Source: Lophium mytilinum
Taxonomy: Eukaryota
Length of the DNA: 64,000 bases
Reading direction: 5' to 3'
NCBI GenBank assembly: GCA_010093605.1
Contig: MU004196.1
Coordinates: 890,606 to 954,605, forward strand
Part shown: positions 1 through 9,786 of the stretch, in pieces
Numbering within the stretch: the stretch's first letter is position 1
Layout: each line of letters starts with the position of its first letter
Made by a program: the position numbers and the translations under genes
Notes under the pieces: generated by a model
Told to the model about the DNA's origin: nothing
The model's input: only the letters and a program-made list of their open reading frames with translations
The model's database searches: none

Positions 1-69
1 ACCTCAAAAGTTATTTTGGCATATCAGAAAATCCATTATGGGGCCTTGTCTCCTCTATAAAATTAACTT

Positions 70-590
70 CCCTCGCCTGATTCATGAGCCACGTCAATAA
101 CATGCCAAAAACGACTTCAAATTGCACGGACTGGCCCTACTTTATACATCTCGCACTCTCAAGATTAACGCTTTGTCTGAGGCCTGGTTTAAAGGGTTCG
201 CCAATGGTATGCCCAAAATACCTTCAAATTGCGCGGACTGACTGGCGCCCATTCATACATCTCGCGTCCCCAAGATTATCCCTAATTCTCAAGCCTGATT
301 TGAAGCGTTCGCCAATAGTATGCCAAAATCGACTCCAAATCGCACGGACTGGCTCCACTTTATACATCTCGCACCCGCAAGATGAAGCATATTACCAAGG
401 CCTAAAATGAAGTGTTTGCCAATAACATGCCAAAAAAGACGCCAAATCGCACGGACTGGCTCCCGTTTATATGTCTCGCGACCTCCAAATCAACCCTCAT
501 TCTTAGGCCTGATTTGAAGCGTTCGCCAATAACATGCCAAAACCGCCTTCAAACCGCACGGACTGGCCTCGATTTATACATCTCCCAGTC
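70..590. repeat. Diverged ~107-bp tandem repeat (minisatellite), ~5 copies
   Basis: The core CAAT(AAC/GGT/AGT)ATGCC-AAAA...CAAAT(C/T)GCACGGACTGGC...TTTATACATCTCGC recurs at 95, 202, 313, 420 and 527 (periods 107, 111, 107, 107). The unit is not a multiple of 3. Confidence 0.9.
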
Positions 591-1143
591 CAATCAACAA
601 TATCACATCATCCACACCACACAAAAGAGTCCTGTGAAAAATCTGTATTTCCAGCGTTTCACCCGGCCCGCGAATCGGAGGCTGGGGCAAGCAACACGCA
701 GGAAGAGGCTCATCATTCAGTAGACTACATTGAATGGAATTTGGGCAACCCACAGCCATCTCATCGTACATGAAGGTCGTGAAGGTTGTTGGTAAGTAAA
801 AAGAAAAGTAGAAAGTAAGGGAAAGCCTTGATTATGAACCAATAAAAACCAGAACGCCTAGACCTAGCTATTCGTGTAGCAAAAGTGTCGATATCGTATG
901 CCCCATCCTATCCGCCCATCTCTCCGTCTGTCTGTCTGCCCTTCGCCAATCGTGTCATCGTGTGTGTCGGATGGGCAAGGCCGCAATTCGAGAGTTGCTC
1001 GAAAGTCGAAGAAAGCAGCATGGCTCGCACACACGCTCGCTCAACCAAAACACCTCCCTCCCTAGGATATATCCTAGCCATACCTCAGTGTCTCCAGCAC
1101 CTCACACCCCTATGCTTATCCTGTTCAACAGTAGCACCTCCCT

Positions 1144-1749
1144 CTACGCCTTCTCCTCCCCATCTACATCGTCCACGCTCGTCTCCCGGTTCAAGCTCGT
1201 CTCGCGATGCAGGAAGCTGTTCTCCTTGACCGGGCTGCCGGCGCCGCCATTGGTGCCGGGCACGCCGGGCTGGCCGCCCTGCGTCGAGATGCTGCCGCCG
1301 TTCTGGTTCTGCGGCGCGATGTGCGGGATCTTCTCGGGCACGGGGTGCTCGCGGCCGATGGAGGTGACGCCGATGTCGGAGGCTTTGCCGGCTTTGCTGA
1401 GGGCGTAGTCGCCGCTGTCGAAGTATTTGCGCTCCTGGGTGGGAAGGACGGGTTAGCTGGGGCATTGTAGAAGGTGGATTCGAGTTGTGGAGCGGAGGAA
1501 AGGGGGGTATGAGAGGGAGAGTGGGGGAGGCATACCTTCAGCTTGTTCTGCAGCAGGTCTTTCTTGTTGGGCAGCTTGCCGTACAGGCGGAAGAGCCGTT
1601 GCTCGTCCGGAGTCAACGTCTGTAACATTGTGTCAGTTGAATCTTCTTCAAAGACCTCAGACACCGCTTCTTGTAAGGAAGAGCAGCTGGTAAGGGGTGC
1701 AGCTATGACGTACGCTGATGTCGACTTTGTTCTGCTGATGAGGATTCAT
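1144..1749 (-). CDS. IGO1: Endosulfine / cAMP-regulated phosphoprotein (Igo1/ENSA family), 3 exons (1749-1714, 1619-1536, 1434-1144)
   Basis: The spliced product MNPHQQNKVDIS-TLTPDEQRLFRLYGKLPNKKDLLQNKLK-ERKYFDSGDYALSKAG contains the endosulfine KYFDSGDY phospho-motif; introns are GT-AG. Confidence 0.93.
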
Positions 1750-3075
1750 TGTGTGCGAGATCTCTGCGTTTCAGAGTCTGCGCGAAGGAGGCGAGGAATG
1801 CAGTGGGTAGGCAGTGTCGTCGGCGGGGAAGGTTTAGGAGAGATTCAGCGGAATGTTATGTGTTTATTCTTTGTTGTGTGTCCCAGGCAGCTTTGGCTTA
1901 GAAATTTATGGTGCTGTGCTGTCTGGCCGCGAACAAGGTCAAGGGTGAATATGTTCTGGTCGCTCCGGCAGCCGAATCGCTTGAGTCGTGGGCCTGAGGC
2001 AGACGGGAACGTCGTCTTTGGTCTGTGTTTGGCGAGGGTTTTGTCGATATAGCAGACGCCGATATACCCCTCCACGAATGTCGGTGACTGGCTGGGATGC
2101 GGTTTGGAGCGATAAGCAGGATTGTCGATGCTGCAACGCCCACCCGAGGTCCCGACAATGCGGATCGAAGCTGTGAACTGCTGGGCCGCAAATCTGGCCT
2201 GTGGTGCAGATCGTACGGTGTGTGACGGTGAGCAGAGTAGAAGGGTCGGAGGTGGAGTGGCTTCAGGCGGGTGGTATCGAGGTCGTGTCGGAGGGGTGTT
2301 TGTGAGGGAGTATGGTGGAGAAGAGCGATGTGGGGTTACTACTGCATATATGTAGGATGCAGCAGCGAGAGTGGTCCGACGGTGGGCTTGGGCGCGTCTG
2401 CAGGTGTCCGGCGAGCTAGAGGCAGAGACGGATACGGCGTTTGCACTTTGGGCAGCTTGGGCAGAGAGTGTGAGGAAGATATAGTTATTTGGACGTCGTC
2501 GAGGCACCACTCGACGTTCACTCTGCTGGCGGACCCTCCCATCCGCACCTCCACGCTGTGACGCCTTAACCAACGTCACGCGGGTCAGGCATTGGTTTTT
2601 CGGGCACCAGATCGTCACAATCCAGACAATTGCTAGCCCGGGCCCATTCTGTTCCTGACTGCTGGTCATCGATCGATCTGTTCCACTACACATGCGTCGG
2701 AGCTGCTTCACAATTTTCTCGATACTGCCAGAACCCAGCGCCGGAGACGACGGATCCTGAGCTGAAGTCCACTCTCATCTCCAGGAGCAGAGTCCCGACG
2801 CCCAGACTGGCTGCTGCATTTCCCGCAGCATTGGTTCCCTCAATCATCGCACGCCGTGGACGCCTTTCCCTAGGCCCATGCCGAGACCCTGCTCTTCGGA
2901 CCAGCATCATCACCAAAACGGCATTCGAAAAACGCCGTGGGCCTTCCCATTGGACAATCGAGACGCAGCGTGCAGCTGACTGCCCGCACCAAGAGAACAG
3001 GCACATCGGCACATTATCCCCGCCGCTTTTACGCAGCACATCCACCCACTCAAGGACCGTCAATTGTTCCCAATA

Positions 3076-3941
3076 ATGGCCGCCGCTGAGGGCGTGAAGA
3101 CGTTTGTCGTCGAGCACTTGGACCCTGAGCTTGAGGCCTGGTCGTCCCTTGAGTATGCAGCAATAGCCACAGAATCTTCCAAATCTGGCGTGGAATTCTT
3201 GCTTTCCTCCGTTCCTGAGAGTTTGAAACTGCCTGAAAATTTGCACAATGTGCAAGGTTTGAAGATCGAGCACAGAAGCATTGAGACAATATACGCAGAC
3301 CGCAAGGACAAGGTGTGCTTGCTAGACCCCTCCGCGTCCAAGGAGTTGAGCCCAGCGGATGGAGAAACTTTTCAGATCTTCTTGTTTGGAGGCATTTTAG
3401 GTATCTGAGCAAACACACTGTACCTCAAACACCGCCGGAGCACCCACTGACGCCATTGAAGGAGATGATCCGCCCAGAGGCAAGCTCGAGTCAAGCCGAG
3501 CCGCAACGACGTCTGCTGACTAGATCGAATCGCAGATCGTACATCGGAACTACGGAAGAAAGGGTATGAGGGTCGACGATTAGGCCCTGTTCAGATGACC
3601 ACCGACACTGCGGTTCGTGTTACTCGGATGATTGTCCAAGACAAAAGTAAGCAGTCACTGCGTCAAAAGGTGATGTGTAGCCAACACCCTGACGCCAATA
3701 GTTCCCCTGGAGAGCATACCGTACGTCGATCATCCTGAACTCAGGATCAATAAGCACGAAAGCACCGAGATGCCTTTCCGCTACGTGAAAGGCCCGGACG
3801 GACAGCCGATTATGCCTGAAGTGAGTTCGTAGAGTCTTCTTGACATTGCTCTGGTCATAGGGAGTTCACTAATGGCTGCAACAGGGCATGGTAGAACTCA
3901 TCATGAAAGATTCCGAGAGGGGATTTGGCGACCTCCTATGA
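3076..3941 (+). CDS. SFM1: SPOUT-family protein arginine methyltransferase SFM1 (DUF431), multi-exon
   Basis: FVVEHLDPEL..WSSLEY, LLDP.A.KELSP.D, FLFGGILG-DDPPRDRTSELR, RRLGPVQMTTDTAV, ESTEMPFRYV across 4 introns; stop TGA at 3939-3941. Confidence 0.9.
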
Positions 3942-4307
3942 GGGGGAAAGTCACGTTTGATCGATCTGGGTACATCAGTCCACCATTGTGTGCGGTGACT
4001 TGGGGAATTTTCTAGGTGTTCAAAGTGATAGACTTCCATCCTGTTGGAGTTCTCAAGAAACCCTCAAGACACCACAAGCAGCGATAAAAGAGTGCACATA
4101 TATTCGATTACCGTACCTTATGGGGAAAATGTCACGTGCTCGTATGAGACTGAGAATTAAAAGGCGATAAAATTCTATCTGTAAGAGCGCGTGGGCCCTC
4201 ATAATCATACTTCTTCAACCGGCCGACTAGTATAGAAAGCGCTTCAAGCAGCTCCAGAGCAAGGAATCAACCATTTCGAATATCTATTCACTATAACCTC
4301 AAATAGT

Positions 4308-5441
4308 CTAAGGATTGAACATCACCGACTCACCCAGCCTACCAGATTTCGCTGCCAGATCAAACGCCTTCTCCCACTCCTCAAGCTTGAAAGTACCTCG
4401 CACCTTGACGATACTCCTAACGTCCAGTATACCCGTGTTTAGCAAACTGATGAATGCCACATTGTCCGCTCGCGAATACATCCACTTTCCCCTCAACGTA
4501 ATATCAAACCTCATCACGAACCTGTGCGGAATCGGCACATCTTCCAGGAAGCCCCCCATAAGACTGACCCTCCCCTCCGGCCTCAAGCTTAGAATCGCCG
4601 CTCTGAAATGCGTCGACCCCTTCGCCTCCGCAGGCGAGATATCAAAAAACGCATCAATCCTCCCAAACTTCTTCAACGCCGCCATCTCCTCCCCCAAATC
4701 CCCCGTCATCCTTACCGTCTCCACCCTCCCCCCCAACTCCCTCTTCAACCCCTCCAACGCCTCCCCATTCCGCCCCATCGCAATCACCCTTGCCCCCATC
4801 GCCAACGCCACCACCACAGCCGCCGACCCAAACCCCCCGGTCGCCGGCGCCACAACCACCGTCTCGCCCGCCTGCACCCCAATACTCCGCAGCCCCCCAT
4901 ACGGCACCAGCGCCTGCAGCATCCACCCCAGCTGCTCGGTGCTATACCCCAGCCCGCCCTCGGCGGGGCTGCCACACAGCCTCGCCTCATCCAGCACATG
5001 CACGTTCTCGAGCGGCGCCTTCACGTACTCGGCAAACGTCGCGTCGCGCCACTCCCCCCGCATCAGCTTGCGGCTCGCCTCCGTCATGCCCTCGGCGATG
5101 CCCATGATGATGATGGCGCCCGGGTCGTCGCGCCCGCGCACGATGCCGTCGACGTAGACGAGGTCGTGCGGTTTGAGGAGGACGGAGTCCGGGCCGGTGG
5201 CGGCGACGCGGCCGATGGCGGAGGTGCCGGTCACGAGGGGGGTGGGGTAGGCGTAGGCGCGGGTGCCGTTGTAGACGTCGCGGAGGTAGGGCATTATGGG
5301 GGCGTGGAGGATCTTGATTATGGCGGAGCCGGGGGTTGGGAGGGGGGTTGGGAGGGTTTTGGCGATGAGGGGGGCGGCGTAGGTTTCTTGGACGAGGGCG
5401 GTGTGGGTTGGTGGGAGGGGGGTGGTTGTGGGAGTGGACAT
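4308..5441 (-). CDS. Medium-chain dehydrogenase/reductase (GroES-like + NAD(P)-binding), alcohol-dehydrogenase-like
   Basis: 377-aa intronless ORF with a GroES-like N-domain (PLVTGTSAIGRV...V.P.DLVYVD) and a Rossmann motif VVVAPATGGFGSAAV..ALAMGARVIAMGRN. Confidence 0.88.
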   Translation of the reverse strand: MSTPTTTPLPPTHTALVQETYAAPLIAKTLPTPLPTPGSAIIKILHAPIMPYLRDVYNGTRAYAYPTPLVTGTSAIGRVAATGPDSVLLKPHDLVYVDGIVRGRDDPGAIIIMGIAEGMTEASRKLMRGEWRDATFAEYVKAPLENVHVLDEARLCGSPAEGGLGYSTEQLGWMLQALVPYGGLRSIGVQAGETVVVAPATGGFGSAAVVVALAMGARVIAMGRNGEALEGLKRELGGRVETVRMTGDLGEEMAALKKFGRIDAFFDISPAEAKGSTHFRAAILSLRPEGRVSLMGGFLEDVPIPHRFVMRFDITLRGKWMYSRADNVAFISLLNTGILDVRSIVKVRGTFKLEEWEKAFDLAAKSGRLGESVMFNP

Positions 5442-7209
5442 TTTGGTGGATGGTAGGGTGTTTGGAAGGAGACTTGAGGCGGATGTGAGAGTTTGATGAG
5501 ACGATGAAGCTGGAGATGTTGCGATTGAAGTGATTTGGATATGAGAATAGAAGATCTCATGTCTCTTATATCATAGCAAAGTCAGGCCTCCCAACTGGTC
5601 GTCTTACTACCGAAATAGGCCTAAAGACCCTCCGATGAAGCCCTTGGAGCAAACATAAGCTTCACTAAGTAGACGTCCCCTACCGAAATAGCCGCAAACC
5701 CTTCGCTGTCGTCCCAAAACAGGTATGAGAGTAATCAACACAGTCGCCCCAGATCTTTTCGACGTACCATCGGCCGAGCAGTATCTCCGTGTACACAAGC
5801 TTGAAATCCTTCTTTGGCTTTTGGTGCCCTGCAGTAGCGTGGTTCATTCTTGCGTAAGAATCGGCATTTAGCGGAGTTAAGGAGTAGTGATATGGGCCGT
5901 TTGTCAGGTGTAGGTGTTTCGAGGATGGTTTTTAGCTTTTTGTATACTGTATAGGTACGATGCTAGAGGGGAGACGAAGCTGTACTGATCCGCGAGCTTT
6001 CAACCAGTATCACGTGACATTGTAGTTCTACTACAGTACCCCCTCTGTGCCAGTAGCATGAGACAAGTATATAGAAACGCGTAATCAAGTAAGGAACGAG
6101 GGAAGCTATAAATGAAAGACTCGCATATGGTAGAGCAACTAGGCATGAGAAGCACACGAGAAAGGTGCTCGAATATCAAAAGCAACACGAATAGCGAGGC
6201 GTTACCTCTCGTGAACTGGAAGGCTCGATTGACGGCTAAAGGTAAGCTTAAATATACATCCCCATACCGGATCTACAGGAAGACCGTCCTGCAGGAAGAC
6301 TGTTCCACTGAAAGATGGTTGAGACAGAGGGAATGCTTGGTTGTTGACGGCTAAGATGGATGAAACACGAAGGATCTGTGAAGCTCTTTTTCATAGCTAA
6401 GGATAAGCTTCGATCTATTGAAAGAAGTGCTCATGCCGAATCCACAGAAGGATGAAAAGAGGGTCCTCTTCTGAGGGTACCTGAGACGTGGAAAATGTGA
6501 ATTTCTTGCCCTATCACAATTCAGATATTCGGATAGCTCTAGAGCCGCCGCTGGGACCCGCCACAAGGGTTCCCGGAGCCTCTTCTCAGATCCGCAGGGT
6601 TAATGTTAGATGCTGGCGCAGGCTGAAGCAGGCGCTGCGTCGTCTCGGCGGCCTGAGGTTGGAGTAACAACGGGGTTCACAGAGGAGTGCAGCTGAAACT
6701 GGCGTGGAGTGCGGTATGGAGCAGAAAGCCAAGGCCGCGCAATAAATCCCCAGTGCCCCGGCCCCTTGCTGGCCCTTGTCGGTTGGTGGAATTCTAGGGC
6801 TAGTGGCTGTGAAGACAACAGGACAAAGCGTCGAGGGATTGCCCTTATTCACGCTCAATAGGCCTCTTAATACATTTCTGCACCAGGCCTGCTGCTGCTG
6901 GCCCGTCTAATACCTCCACCCTCCCCGTGCTTCTCTACGCCGCAATCTCGCCGGTCATTCATTCTTGTCAGCCGAAACCCAGGACTCGTGGCCTTTCAAC
7001 CGTATTGCGGGCACAATCATAACCTCAAGACCTCGCCCCTTCTAAGCCACGCGACCTGCCGACAGCGGACGGCACAGTTCCTAGAGCAACTACCCGTCAG
7101 ATATCTCACCTGGCTCCTCCACACGCCAGGCCATATTCCATGCGATAGCTAGGGCTCTCCGGACTTCGACCGGCGTCACGTCGACGACGACCCTTGCTCC
7201 CCTCCCAGC

Positions 7210-9286
7210 ATGCGCCTCTTCACACAATCACCCTCGCGATGGCGGAGTGGTGCTTCGTTGGCCGCGCTGGCCTGCAGTCTGTTCTACTCAGCAGCCCTGG
7301 TCCCTGGTGCCCTTGCGGAGAAGACGGCCGCAGATTACTACGTTCACGAATTACCTGGGGCTCCGGAGCCACTATTGAAGATGCATGCAGGGTGCGTGGT
7401 ACACCATCTTTGAAAGTACAAGATGAGCTAACTCGGGAGTAGTCACATCGAAGTCGATCCTGCGCATCATGGAAACATATTCTTCTGGCACTATCAGAAC
7501 CGTCACATCGCGAATAAGCAAAGAACAGTAATATGGTTGAATGGAGGTCCAGGCTGCAGCTCCATGGATGGTGCTATGATGGAGATCGGTCCATACCGAG
7601 TAAGAGAAGGTGGAAAGCTGGAATACAACGATGGATCGTGGGACGAGTTTGCCAACGTTCTTTTCGTGGATAACCCTGTTGGAACAGGCTTCAGCTATGT
7701 GGACTCGAATAGCTATCTTCATGAGCTCGACGAGATGAAGGACCAGTTCATCATTTTCTTGGAAAAATGGTTTGCACTCTTTCCAGAGTACGAGCACGAC
7801 GACGTAGGTTTCATCAATCATAGGCATAGTATAGACATTGACGTAGGGATAGATTTACATCGCCGGAGAGTCGTATGCTGGCCAACACATTCCATACATC
7901 GCCAAAGGGATCATCGAACGCAACCAAAACGCCAATAAGAGACCCTGGAAACTCGCTGGTCTGCTAATTGGGAACGGCTGGATCTCGCCCTTGGATCACT
8001 ACTTCTCCTACCTTCCCTTTGCGTACGAAGAAGGATTGATAGAAGGAGGATCCGAGGCGGCCAAACGTATCGAATCGCAAGTAGCCATCTGCACAAAGCT
8101 TCTCAACGAAGGCGCTAAGGACCACGTCGACACCTCCGAGTGCGAGAAGATCATGATGGACATCCTCGACGAGACCAAAAACAAGAAAGCGGACTCAAAA
8201 CACCAGTGCCTAAATATGTACGACATCCGCCTCCGAGACGACGACTCCTGCGGCATGAACTGGCCCCCAGACCTCGCAGACGTGACCCCCTACCTCCGCC
8301 GCCAAGACGTAATCGCCGCGCTGCACATCAACCCAGACAAGAAAACCGGCTGGCAAGAATGCAGCGGCTCCGTCTCGGCCAACTTCCGCGCCCGCAACTC
8401 GGTCCCCAGCATCGACTTCCTCCCGGACATCCTCGCCCACATCCCCGTCGTGCTCTTCTCCGGCGCCAAAGACCTCATCTGCAACCACCTGGGCACCGAG
8501 TCCCTCATCGGCAACCTCGAGTTCAACGGCGGCAAAGGCTTCGAGCTCTCCCCCGGCGTCTGGGCGCCCAAACGCGACTGGACCTTCGAAGGCGAGCCCG
8601 CGGGCATCTACCAAGAAGCCCGCAACCTCACCTACGTCCTCTTCTACAACTCGTCGCACATGGTCCCCTTCGACTACCCGCGCCGCACCCGCGACATGCT
8701 CGACCGCTTCATGGGCGTCGACATCGGTTCCATCGGCGGCTCGCCCGCCGACTCGCGCATCGATGGCGAGAAAGGCCCGCTCATCTCCGTCGGCGGCCAC
8801 CCGAACTCCACCACCGCCGCCGAGGCCGAGAAGGAGAAGCTCAAGCAGGCCACCTGGAAGGCGTACTACAAGTCCGGCGAGGTCGCGCTCGTTATCGTCA
8901 TCATCGCTGCTGGGCTGTGGGGCTGGTACGTGTGGCGCGACCGACGGCGGCGCGCGGCGCTGGGGTATAAGGGGCTTGGGACTGGTGGCGAGGGTGAGGG
9001 GCGGGAGAGCCTTATGGCTGGGATGGGTCTGGAGAGCTTTAGGCGGAGGGATAGGGGGGATCGAGATGTTGAGGCCGCGGATTTCGATGAGAGGGAGTTG
9101 GATGAGGTGCCGAGTCCGCTGCCGAAAGCGACACCTAATGGGAGTGGTGCTGTGAATGGAGGCGCGGAGGGGAAAGAGAGGAGACGGTATAGTCAGGATG
9201 TGGAGCTGGTGGATGATGGGACGTTTAGTATCGCTGGGGAGAGCAGTGACGGCGACGCGCCTGGGAGGAGTAGGGAGAAGGCGTAA
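7210..9286 (+). CDS. KEX1: Pheromone-processing serine carboxypeptidase KEX1 (peptidase S10), 3 exons
   Basis: Signal peptide; [30 protein letters not shown] (catalytic Ser), [15 protein letters not shown] (His); C-terminal TM helix and cytosolic tail with DFDE. Introns ~7392-7443 and ~7804-7852. Confidence 0.95.
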
Positions 9287-9786
9287 CACTTTCGTTTTTT
9301 GAGCGCGGATCGAATCGAAGCGTATGCTACTTAACTTATTACGGATCGTTGGCTGCATTGGTGGCGTTTGGGGTTCAATATCTCGGAAGGGATTCCGGCA
9401 CTAGGTACTATTAGATAAAATGCTATTGGTACTTACCGAGTCTCTGGATTCTGTTTCATCTGTTTATGTGAGCATGGAGATATCTTGATGTTGAGCTCTC
9501 GAACATGCCGAGGACGTTGTTATGTTGAACGCTATAGGTTTCACACGAATCACTCTGGCATCTGGAAGTAAGTTTAGACTAGCAAACAGTCTTTTAGAAT
9601 ATTTAGAGAATTAAGAGCATGTTGACAGCCTCTGGATATGAGGTTGAAAGGCGCTGCGGGAGGGGACTACCAGCTGGTGACCTTGCTAGGTCTACAGTAA
9701 TGCCCCACCCAGTATCTCTACAATCAGCCCTTCCTTGATACTTATCAACTTTTGCTGGATCTTCGGTTGTCTAGCACTGTGCTGGT

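Noticed and set aside
70..590. CRISPR-like appearance (conserved blocks with variable spacers)
   Set aside because: Eukaryotic context, no cas genes, and the units align along nearly their whole length, so there are no unique spacers.
84..773. ORFs with repeated peptide motifs (ARTDW..FIHLASPRL)
   Set aside because: By-products of a 107-bp non-triplet tandem repeat; the motif shifts frame between units.
1845..3075. Long ORFs (288 aa, 195 aa, 148 aa) between IGO1 and SFM1
   Set aside because: No recognisable domain or coding-like composition; likely GC-rich divergent promoter/UTR sequence.
4315..5456. Long antisense or alternate-frame ORFs over the MDR gene (also over KEX1 8140-9358 and DUF3984 39889-40929)
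   Set aside because: Shadow ORFs produced by extreme GC3 and skew.
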